Below are positions 18,420-26,503 of a stretch of DNA of 64,000 bases, piece by piece; within the stretch, counting starts at the first letter, position 1, and each line of letters opens with the position of its first letter. The DNA lies in the NCBI GenBank assembly GCA_951812755.1, contig OX638329.1:5355563-5419562 (forward strand). The letters are read 5' to 3'. Under the pieces are notes generated by a model. It ran no database searches. It had not been told where the DNA came from and saw nothing but the letters and a program-made list of their open reading frames with translations. Both the position numbers and the translations under genes were made by a program. This DNA comes from an uncultured Latescibacterota bacterium. GTDB lineage: Bacteria; Latescibacterota; UBA2968.

Positions 18420-20534
18420 ATGGCAAGCCAAAGATACAAAAATCTGTATGCACAAATAGAAACAGCACTGCGAGAAAAACCCAAACGCACACAGCTCTAC
18501 AACGCAGTCAAACGGGCGCGAGATGCACGGCGCACGGCAATTGATATTTTGCCACAAGGAGAGGCATTTCGCAAAGAAGTCCGCGACATCAAAGTGCGGT
18601 GCCTGCACAATCTGGACGACCTGGTCGATCAATTTGCCGCAAAAGTCGAATCGCGCGGAGCAAAGGTCTTTCTCGCAAAAGACGGTGCTGCTGCGATTGA
18701 CTATATCTTAAAGCTATCAGCAGAGAAAAATGCCGAGACAGTGGCAAAATCAAAATCGCTAACAAGCGAAGAGATCGAAGTCAATCACCCGATGGAGGAC
18801 GCGGGCTTAGAAGTAATCGAGACCGACCTCGGCGAGCTTATTATCCAGAAAGTCCACGAAAAACCATTCCATCTGGTATTTCCCGCAGTTCATAAAACCG
18901 CAGTTGAAGTAGCCGAAATATTTAAAAAAGAAACAGGTGAGGATGTCCCCAACGATGTAGATGCAATTATGAAAATCGTACGCAAATACCTGCGACCGAT
19001 TTTTCTCAACGCCGATATCGGCATGACAGGCGCGAATGTCGGCGTTGCCGAATCGGGCACTATCCTGATCGAAACCAACGAAGGCAATGCCCGTCTGGTA
19101 TCGAGCATTCCAGATGTACACATCTGCATTATGGGACGCGAAAAAGTAGTGGAAACAGTAGATGATGCGTTGCAAATGATGTTGGCACATCCCGTCAGCG
19201 CAGTCGGCCAACACACGACAACCTATGTAACGTGGATGAGTGGCAGATCGCCTCTGGGGCAGGGCGAGGGACGCGCACCGCGAGAATCGCATATCATCAT
19301 CCTGGACAATGGCCGCACCAGAATGCAAGAAGACCCCCTCTTTTCAGACGCACTCAACTGCATCCGCTGCGGCGCCTGTATGAATATCTGCCCGACATAC
19401 GGCGTGGTCGGCGGACATACATTTGGATACATATACCCCGGACCGATAGGCATACCCTGGACAGCTGAAGTTCACGGCGTAGATAAGGCCGGCGACTTCG
19501 CCCCGCTGTGTATCTCGTGTGGATTGTGCAAAGAAATATGCCCGGCAGAAATCGATATCCCGATGATGATAGCCGGGGTAAAAGACCGCGACAGCGAAGT
19601 CAACCCGCATCCGCGCGTCAACAAAATGCTGATGGCCGCTGAAAAAGCCGCAAAAATGGGCAGCTTGACAGCACCCATATCCAATTGGATAATGGGCATT
19701 GGATTGGTGCGATGGGCAATGGGTATTGATCGGCGGCGTCAGCTACCCAAATTCAGCCGAAAAACACTCGTAAAACGCTTCGCAAAACGCGGGCCGTCTC
19801 CCGTATCGAACCCCGTTCGCAAAGTAGCTTTTTTTACAGACCTATTTGCCAATTACAACGACCCCGACCTGGGAATGGCGGCAATCGAACGCTTGGAAGC
19901 ACTCGGTTGCGAAGTCATCATCCCCCCGCAAAAAAGCAGCGGATACCCCTACATCGGCTACGGCGACCTGAAAAACGCGAAAAAAATTGCACGCGAGAAC
20001 GTAGATCTCCTCTTGCCCTATATACAGCAGGGCTATGAGGTGGTTGCAACAGAACCCACGGCAACGTATTGCCTGAAAATTTCATACCCCAAATTGCTCG
20101 ATAAAGCAGAAGATGTCGTCTCTGTCGCCGAACACACGTATGAGTTCTTCGAGTTCCTATCCCTGCTCGAAAGCAATATTGAAGATAGTGAGCAAAATAC
20201 TCTGCGCGGACGCGCATTTGGATTCCACATCCCTTGCCACCAGCGTCCTCTGGGTGCAGGCGAACACGCAATGGCATTCTTGCGCCAGCGGGGTGCAGAC
20301 GTCGCCCTCATAGAAACAGGCACCTGCTGCGGCATGGCGGGAACATTTGGCCTGAAAGCCGGACCTCTCGGCTACGAACTCGCACAGGCTGTTGGAGAGC
20401 CACTCTTCGAAGGCTTTCGCGAAGCCAACGTAGAAGCCATCGTAACAGAAAGCAGCGTGTGCGCCATCCACCTCTCAGAAGGAACCGAACTCGAAGTCTG
20501 GCATCCCTTAAACCTGCTTCGTCTCCTGGAGTAG
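18420..20534 (+). CDS. Fused LutB/LldF-like and LutA/LldE-like Fe-S oxidoreductase (LUD domain, two 4Fe-4S ferredoxin motifs, cysteine-rich CCG domains)
   Basis: 704 aa. CIRCGACMNICPTY and CISCGLCKEICPAE ferredoxin motifs. The C-terminal half carries CCG-type motifs (…GTCCGMAG…). Confidence 0.75.
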   Translation: MASQRYKNLYAQIETALREKPKRTQLYNAVKRARDARRTAIDILPQGEAFRKEVRDIKVRCLHNLDDLVDQFAAKVESRGAKVFLAKDGAAAIDYILKLSAEKNAETVAKSKSLTSEEIEVNHPMEDAGLEVIETDLGELIIQKVHEKPFHLVFPAVHKTAVEVAEIFKKETGEDVPNDVDAIMKIVRKYLRPIFLNADIGMTGANVGVAESGTILIETNEGNARLVSSIPDVHICIMGREKVVETVDDALQMMLAHPVSAVGQHTTTYVTWMSGRSPLGQGEGRAPRESHIIILDNGRTRMQEDPLFSDALNCIRCGACMNICPTYGVVGGHTFGYIYPGPIGIPWTAEVHGVDKAGDFAPLCISCGLCKEICPAEIDIPMMIAGVKDRDSEVNPHPRVNKMLMAAEKAAKMGSLTAPISNWIMGIGLVRWAMGIDRRRQLPKFSRKTLVKRFAKRGPSPVSNPVRKVAFFTDLFANYNDPDLGMAAIERLEALGCEVIIPPQKSSGYPYIGYGDLKNAKKIARENVDLLLPYIQQGYEVVATEPTATYCLKISYPKLLDKAEDVVSVAEHTYEFFEFLSLLESNIEDSEQNTLRGRAFGFHIPCHQRPLGAGEHAMAFLRQRGADVALIETGTCCGMAGTFGLKAGPLGYELAQAVGEPLFEGFREANVEAIVTESSVCAIHLSEGTELEVWHPLNLLRLLE

Positions 20535-20564
20535 AGCGCATCCTATAGGACCTATTCCCCTAAC

Positions 20565-20605
20565 CCCCTTCCCGTCTCGGGGAGGGGTCAGAATTATTTT
20601 TGAAA
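20565..20605 (+). terminator. Intrinsic terminator after the Fe-S oxidoreductase gene
   Basis: ccccttcccgtctcggggagggg hairpin followed by tcagaattattttt. Confidence 0.6.
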
Positions 20606-20712
20606 CAATTCAAAAAAAACTTGCATTTTAATACAAGTGTATTATATTAGTAATACAGTAATTCACTTATTGGAAAAATACCTCATTGGTCTTGCAAAAA
20701 AATCTGCTAACA

Positions 20713-20824
20713 TTTTTTCTAATAGACTGGATTGCGGCTTAAAGCATGCCGCAATGACAACCGTCGTTCGTCACTCCGGCGCAGGCCGGAGTCCAGTGGA
20801 TTTAGACACGAAACTTATTTGAAA
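20713..20824 (-). repeat. Repeat family A, copy 2 (inverted relative to copy 1)
   Basis: Reverse complement matches 5284-5394. Both stems are conserved while the loops differ (ttcc vs gcag; agggggtta vs ttaaagcat). Ends 9 bp before the gntR start codon. Confidence 0.8.
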
Positions 20825-20832
20825 GACCACTC

Positions 20833-21228
20833 ATGTTGATCTCAATTGACCATCACAATGGCATACCCGTTTTTCGTCAGATCATCGACCAGGTGAAATT
20901 TCACGTAGTCAGCGGGCTACTCGCGCCGGGTGATGAACTGCCCTCGACCCGTGCATTATCGGGACAACTGGGACTCAACCCAATGACAGTGAGCAAAGCG
21001 TACAGCTTATTGGAAGCAGAGGGATTGGTAGAGCGGCGGCGCGGACGACCCTTAACCGTAAAACCCTTACGAGATCAGACCGTACACGCCGAAAAACTGG
21101 CACAACTCAAACCACAACTCACACAATTGGCAACAATGGTTCGGCAGTTGGGGGTTGATCGGGCGGAAGTCGTAGATCTTTTTCTCTCCATCTTAGATAC
21201 CCTGGAGGAAGACAATGATGGCACATGA
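20833..21228 (+). CDS. GntR-family transcriptional regulator (short, YtrA-like)
   Basis: 131 aa with the N-terminal winged HTH motif LPSTRALSGQLGLNPMTVSKAYSLLEAEGLVERRRG. Confidence 0.85.
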   Translation: MLISIDHHNGIPVFRQIIDQVKFHVVSGLLAPGDELPSTRALSGQLGLNPMTVSKAYSLLEAEGLVERRRGRPLTVKPLRDQTVHAEKLAQLKPQLTQLATMVRQLGVDRAEVVDLFLSILDTLEEDNDGT

Positions 21229-22108
21229 CCAGACATCTGTATTTGAAGCCACATCACTGACCAAAAAATTCGATGACATCATAGCTCTCAATTCCGTAAC
21301 ACTCTCTCTTGGGGCGCATCGCGTAATTGGATTGATCGGACGCAATGGCGGCGGCAAAACCACCTTAATCCAGCACATGATCGGCCTGTATTTGCCCACA
21401 GAGGGAACGTGTAAAACACTGGGACGCACATGCGATCAATTGGGGGCAAACGAACTTTCGCGCATAGGCGTGGTACACCAGGAAAATCGCTTTTTTGAAT
21501 GGATGACCGTCAAACAGCATCTGCACTACGTGTCTTCATTTTACGAGGTCTGGGACCGCGACCTGGAAGCGCATCTGCTGCGCGAACTCGAACTGGAAAC
21601 ATCTGCACGCGTGGGCAACCTGTCTTCGGGTAACATGCAAAAATTGGGAATCATTCTGGCAGTATGTCATCATCCCGAGTTATTGATCTTAGATGAGCCG
21701 GTCAGTGGCCTGGACCCCATTGCCCGAGAGACACTGTTGAAATTTCTAATGACACTCCTGGCTGAAGACCAAAACACAATCGTGATCTCCTCGCACATTC
21801 TGCGAGACATCGAAAAAATAGTAGATTGGGTCGTATGCCTCGACGAAGGTGTGGTCAAAGCCGACAAGTCCCTGGACGATCTGCACCAGACCTACGCAAA
21901 GTGGACAGTCACAGGAAACAACCTGCCCCAGCAATTTTCCGAACCTTATATCCTGTCGCAAACAGTGAACGGAGTACAGGCACAATTGATCGTCAACCAG
22001 ACACTGGGCAATGCAGATCAATTCAAACGGACTTATCAAGCTGATATCACCAGTCAGTCTCTGAACCTCGACCAGCTATTTCCCATCCTGATTCGGGAGG
22101 GTGCGTAA
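21215..22108 (+). CDS. ABC transporter ATP-binding protein
   Basis: 297 aa. Walker A GRNGGGKTT, signature LSSGNMQK and Walker B LLILDEP. Confidence 0.9.
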   Translation: MMAHDQTSVFEATSLTKKFDDIIALNSVTLSLGAHRVIGLIGRNGGGKTTLIQHMIGLYLPTEGTCKTLGRTCDQLGANELSRIGVVHQENRFFEWMTVKQHLHYVSSFYEVWDRDLEAHLLRELELETSARVGNLSSGNMQKLGIILAVCHHPELLILDEPVSGLDPIARETLLKFLMTLLAEDQNTIVISSHILRDIEKIVDWVVCLDEGVVKADKSLDDLHQTYAKWTVTGNNLPQQFSEPYILSQTVNGVQAQLIVNQTLGNADQFKRTYQADITSQSLNLDQLFPILIREGA

Positions 22109-23592
22109 TGGGTATTCTTCCGTTCTTCACATTTTTGCGAAGCCCTGTTCACATTATCATCTCATTTTTTGCATGTCTGTTACTCGCCCATGTCTCGTGG
22201 ACTGCCGACAGAGATCAGTTCTTTGTGTTTCTCGTATTTCTGCTATTCTTCTTCAGTGGATTTTGGGGCTATGCTATCGGCGGTATTGTAGCGGAGAACC
22301 AGCATCGGATACTCACATGGACCCTGCCGTATTTTCGCAAGCGTCTGCTGATCTGGTCAATAATTGTCGGACTATTTTCCGTTGTAGTGTGGACGGCAGC
22401 GCTGACGTTTGCACCCCTCAATGCATCCTGGTCAACAATCTTGCTAATAAACTTGGGCTTTTATTGTTTCGGATTTGTCTGTACAGCAGGTTGGGATTTT
22501 GGTGTTTATCATTCTATGGCGATCCAGGCATGTCAGACCATATTAATGTTTTTATTTCTCATATTGGCTTTTTTTTGGCAAGAGGTGCTCGCCTTTGGAG
22601 AGCAACAAAAATTGGGGTTGGCTCTCATCGCATTCGCCATCACAATTGCGGCTTATTATTTTTCGTTTAAGCAGACAACTTTTCGGAGAAAGCCTCTTTA
22701 CTTGCTTTGGTCACTGCGCTCGGTTTTTTATCCTCATATCTGGGAGATGTGGAAAAGGGATACAATGAAGAGGCGAAGGCCGAGTACCAGGGTATGGCAT
22801 CTTGATCACATCGGTACAGGCATCTTCAATTGGCTACGTGCGGGCCGGTATGAAAATAGTGGTGGCAAGCTATGGCTATGGCTGCTCCCCGGGTTTAGTG
22901 CAGCATTGGCAATGGTGTTCTATTTCATTGGCATGATGACGAATGGATTCGGGATATTGGGTCGGTCTCCTTACGATTTTGAGACCGTATTGAAAACGAT
23001 TTATCACATGACCTTTTATTTCGACCAGTTGGACTCTAAAATCGCCATCAATATATCTCTTTCAGCGTTTTTCGGCCTTTGGGCGTATGTGACGTATATT
23101 TGGAGTCATCCTTTTTTCTTAAAAAAAGGGTATGTGTATCCGCTTTCTCGCACCCAGCGGATGTGGATTTGGTATTGTGGTTTTCTGGTGCAAAATATTT
23201 CTTTTTTTGCAACATCTATTCTGGTGTTGGGTGTTCTGGGCATCCTGGCGGGAGCGAAGATCGGATTTGTGTCTGAAGGGAATATTTCCTTGAGAATACT
23301 TTGTGTCTTTGGGTGGGCAGTGGTTCTTTGGCCGATGTTTCAGTGGCTACAAGTCAAATATCACCTATATGAATTTCCAAGAACGCGGCGACAAATATGG
23401 GGGATGGCTTTTCTGTTCTTGATCATGATTTTGGCTTGTGGAATCGCTGGTTTTGCTGCCCTGATGCGTAATCTATACCCCGACCTATCACTGACCTTTG
23501 AAGTGCCGATCCTTTTTGTCTGTTTTATTCTCTTACAATGGTTCCTGTTAGCCCGGCTTAAACGGTATTACGCCACACAGGATCTGGTTTAG
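22108..23592 (+). CDS. Polytopic membrane protein (putative ABC-2-type permease partner of the upstream ATPase)
   Basis: 494 aa, at least 10 predicted TM segments, translationally coupled to the ATPase (the ATG overlaps its stop). About 70% identical to the paralog at 24813-26279. Confidence 0.6.
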   Translation: MGILPFFTFLRSPVHIIISFFACLLLAHVSWTADRDQFFVFLVFLLFFFSGFWGYAIGGIVAENQHRILTWTLPYFRKRLLIWSIIVGLFSVVVWTAALTFAPLNASWSTILLINLGFYCFGFVCTAGWDFGVYHSMAIQACQTILMFLFLILAFFWQEVLAFGEQQKLGLALIAFAITIAAYYFSFKQTTFRRKPLYLLWSLRSVFYPHIWEMWKRDTMKRRRPSTRVWHLDHIGTGIFNWLRAGRYENSGGKLWLWLLPGFSAALAMVFYFIGMMTNGFGILGRSPYDFETVLKTIYHMTFYFDQLDSKIAINISLSAFFGLWAYVTYIWSHPFFLKKGYVYPLSRTQRMWIWYCGFLVQNISFFATSILVLGVLGILAGAKIGFVSEGNISLRILCVFGWAVVLWPMFQWLQVKYHLYEFPRTRRQIWGMAFLFLIMILACGIAGFAALMRNLYPDLSLTFEVPILFVCFILLQWFLLARLKRYYATQDLV

Positions 23593-23600
23593 CAACCAAA

Positions 23601-23607
23601 TTAAGAA
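23601..23607. repeat. Target-site duplication TTAAGAA, left copy (transposon family B, copy 1)
   Basis: An identical 7-mer flanks the element on the right at 23855-23861. Confidence 0.7.
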
Positions 23608-23854
23608 CTGACGTTACGCATAGGTAGAATATAATGGGCCTGTCATTCTGAGCCTTTCGGCTACGCTCAAGATAAACTCCGCGCAGCGGAGTCGAAGGAG
23701 CGGGGTACAACTGGCCGGTGAACGAGCCTGAAAAGCGGCTCGTTGTACACCATCCTCAGGCTAGTTCATCTCTTACCAACACAGGTGGAACAGATGCTTC
23801 GGCTCCGTTTCACTCCGCTCAGCATGACAAAAACCCAAACCTGCGTAACATCAG
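23608..23854 (+). mobile_element. Miniature inverted-repeat transposable element (MITE-like), family B copy 1, 247 bp
   Basis: 13-bp terminal inverted repeats (CTGACGTTACGCA … TGCGTAACATCAG) flanked by a 7-bp direct repeat TTAAGAA. A second copy with different flanks lies at 59989-60211. It has internal hairpins and no ORF of meaningful size. Confidence 0.8.
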
Positions 23855-23871
23855 TTAAGAAGGAAAAAGAG

Positions 23872-24711
23872 ATGGCATATCCAAATCTGAAGCAGTCTAT
23901 TTGGCTGCTGGTATTATTGGTCCTTATTAGCGCTGGTTTGGGGATACCTGTTGCGATCCTGGGAACGATTATTGACCAGCCGTTGCACAAAAGTCCTTAT
24001 GCGCTCTGGCCATTGACACTGGTGAGTTTTGTTTTGGTCGTACACTATGTTTTGCGTCGAACCAATCGGACCTGGGCTTCGTGGTCTGATATCATGCCCA
24101 TAAAAGCCATTTCGTGGCAATTGCTACTGCCACTTGTGGTATCTATCCTTGGATTGTTGATCGTCTCTCTGGAATTGGGAAAAGTGATGATGTCTTTGGC
24201 CCCAACGCCCGAGGTAGTGAAAGATACACTCCGCGGGTTGGTCGGCAAAAAAACCTCTTATTGGTTGGCCTTTTACGGCGCGGTGATTCAAACACCTGTC
24301 ATAGAAGAGGCACTTTTTAGAGGTATTATTGTGGGTGGTTTGTTGGCGTATTGGTCAAAGTATAAGGCTGCTATTTGGTCGGCAATTTTGTTTGGCATAT
24401 ATCACCTGAACCCAGCGCAATTTCCCGTGGCCTTCATATTGGGGCTTGTATTCGCATGGTGGATTATTCAAACGGGATCTTTATTACCTTGTATCCTGGG
24501 ACACGCATTGAACAATTTTCTGGCTATTACCCTGGCACGATCGGGAATACCGGGCTTTAAAAATCCAAAAGCTCTGATCTTTCTGCCGTGGTGGGTGGTC
24601 GTGTGTGCCGTACTATTGGCCGCGATTGGGTTGTGGTGGTTCTATCAAGTAGCAAAGCGCGAAGAAACAGATCTGCTTAAAGCGGAAGTTGAACCCGAGA
24701 GACATTGTTGA
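23872..24711 (+). CDS. CPBP-family (CAAX protease/Abi-type) intramembrane metalloprotease
   Basis: EEALFRG, FGxxH and HALNN motifs. The true start is most likely ATG 23872 (MAYPNLK, SD aaggaaaaagag). The track ORF's 5' extension to 23743 lies inside the transposon. Confidence 0.8.
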   Translation: MAYPNLKQSIWLLVLLVLISAGLGIPVAILGTIIDQPLHKSPYALWPLTLVSFVLVVHYVLRRTNRTWASWSDIMPIKAISWQLLLPLVVSILGLLIVSLELGKVMMSLAPTPEVVKDTLRGLVGKKTSYWLAFYGAVIQTPVIEEALFRGIIVGGLLAYWSKYKAAIWSAILFGIYHLNPAQFPVAFILGLVFAWWIIQTGSLLPCILGHALNNFLAITLARSGIPGFKNPKALIFLPWWVVVCAVLLAAIGLWWFYQVAKREETDLLKAEVEPERHC

Positions 24712-24812
24712 AATTTCTAATGACACTTTTGGCTGAGGATGAAAACACAACCATGACATCATGCACTAAACCTCGACCAGCTATTCCCCATCCTGATACG
24801 GGAGGACATGTA
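24690..24812 (+). pseudogene. Remnant of a duplicated ABC ATPase gene (two segments homologous to 21727-21790 and 22049-22110, joined by an internal deletion)
   Basis: …ETLLKFLMTLLAED(E/Q)NT… followed by …LNLDQLFPILIREG… and then the permease ATG, mirroring the ATPase-permease junction at 22108. Confidence 0.75.
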
Positions 24813-26279
24813 ATGGGTATTCTTCCCTTTTTCACATTTTTGCGAAGCCCTGTTTACATTATCATCGCATTTTTTGCATATCTGTTGCTCGCTCACGTCT
24901 GGATGTCTTCCCAAGCAGATCGGATCTCTGTCTTCGTTTTGTTTTTCTTTATTGAATTTTGGGGCGGGACTATCGGCAGTATGGTAGGAGAGAACCAGTA
25001 TCGGATGCTCACATGGACCCTGCCACATTTTCGCAAGCGTCTGATGATGTGGTCGGCAATAGTCGGACTATTTTCCATTGTAGCCTGGACAGATGCGCTA
25101 ACTTATGCACCTCTCAATGCGTCCTGGTCAACGATTTTGCTGTTGAATCTGGGCCTCTATTGTATCGGATTTGCCTTTTCAGGAGGTTGGAGTTTTGGTA
25201 TCCAGCACCCCGGGTTGGCTTCTGTGTGCCGGGGCCTCATCGTGTTTCTGGGACTGGCATCAGCCTATTTTTGGCAAGAGGTGCTCGCTTTTGGAGAGCA
25301 ACAAAAGTTGGGGTTGGCTCTCATCGCATTCGCCATCGCAATTGGAACTTATCATTTCGCCTTTAACCAGACAACTTTTCGGAGGAAGCCATTCTCTTTG
25401 GTTCTTCCACTGCGCTTAACCCTTTTTCCCCAAACCCGGGAGTTTTGGGAAAGGAATGCAATGAACAGGCGAAAGCCGAGTACCAGAATATGGCATCTCG
25501 ATCACGTCGGTACAGGCATCGTCAATTGGCTGCGTGCCGGTCAGTATGAAAATTCTGGTCTGGGTGGGTGGAGATGGCCACTTTCCGCGTTTACTGCAGT
25601 ATCAGCAATGGTGTTTTTTTTTCTTGGCATGATAACGTCTATGTTCGGGTTGTCGGATCGATCTCCGTACGATTTTGAGACCGTCTTGAAAATGATTTAT
25701 CATATGATTTTTTATTTTAACCAGTTGGACTCCAAGGTCACCGGGGATATATTCGCTGCCGTATTTTTCGGCATTTGTATGTATATTTTTATTTCTCCTA
25801 TTTCACTTAAAAAAGGGTACGTCTATCCGCTTTCTCGCACCCAGCGGATGTGGATTCGGTATAGCAGTTTGCTGGTGCAAAATATTTCTTTTTTTGCAGC
25901 GTCTATTCTGATATTGGGGGTTCTGGGCATCCTGGCGGGGGCAAAGATCGGGTTTGTGTCTGAAGGGGATATTTCCCTGAGAATACTCTGTGTCCTGGGG
26001 TGGTGGGTCGTTCTTTTACCGCTATTGCAGTGGTTGCAAGTCAAATATGACCTGTATGATTTTCAAAGAACGCGGCAACAGGTATGGGGGATGGCTTGTC
26101 TGATCCTGATCCTGATTTTGTCTCTTGGATTCACTGGTTTTACCAGTCTGATGCGTGTCCGCTATCCCGATTTGATGCTGACCTATGAAGCGCCGATCCT
26201 TTTTCTCTCTTTTATTCTGTTGCAATGGTTTCTATTGAATCGGCTCAAACGGTATTATGCCACACAGGACCTGATTTAG
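24813..26279 (+). CDS. Polytopic membrane protein, paralog of 22108-23592
   Basis: 488 aa from ATG 24813. Colinear with the upstream permease at about 70% identity. The ORF-track extension to 24705 corresponds to the ATPase remnant. Confidence 0.6.
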   Translation: MGILPFFTFLRSPVYIIIAFFAYLLLAHVWMSSQADRISVFVLFFFIEFWGGTIGSMVGENQYRMLTWTLPHFRKRLMMWSAIVGLFSIVAWTDALTYAPLNASWSTILLLNLGLYCIGFAFSGGWSFGIQHPGLASVCRGLIVFLGLASAYFWQEVLAFGEQQKLGLALIAFAIAIGTYHFAFNQTTFRRKPFSLVLPLRLTLFPQTREFWERNAMNRRKPSTRIWHLDHVGTGIVNWLRAGQYENSGLGGWRWPLSAFTAVSAMVFFFLGMITSMFGLSDRSPYDFETVLKMIYHMIFYFNQLDSKVTGDIFAAVFFGICMYIFISPISLKKGYVYPLSRTQRMWIRYSSLLVQNISFFAASILILGVLGILAGAKIGFVSEGDISLRILCVLGWWVVLLPLLQWLQVKYDLYDFQRTRQQVWGMACLILILILSLGFTGFTSLMRVRYPDLMLTYEAPILFLSFILLQWFLLNRLKRYYATQDLI

Positions 26280-26503
26280 TTTAGGTGGATTAATAAATCA
26301 ATCGGATGGTATAGTGATTGCAATGCGTTCAACTCGAATTTCGTAGGACAAAAGCACAATTTTTGCATGATTATGCATATATGCATTTGTTTTCTCATAG
26401 ATTTTTTAATTTTTTATACATGCTAATAGCGTTTAATATTTTGGTGCGGATTATCCATCCTTTTGCACACGTATGTATTTCTATACCTGAAAAAATAACG
26501 TGT

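Noticed and set aside
23743-23871. 5' extension of the CPBP protease ORF (track start 23743)
   Set aside because: The extension reads through the transposon copy (TIR to TIR). The internal ATG at 23872 has a Shine-Dalgarno and starts the conserved protein.
26280-26503. Possible sigma-54 or palindromic elements upstream of the kinase-activator gene (for example atgcatatatgcat at about 26375)
   Set aside because: There is a short AT-rich palindrome but no -24/-12 match at correct spacing. Insufficient to call a site.
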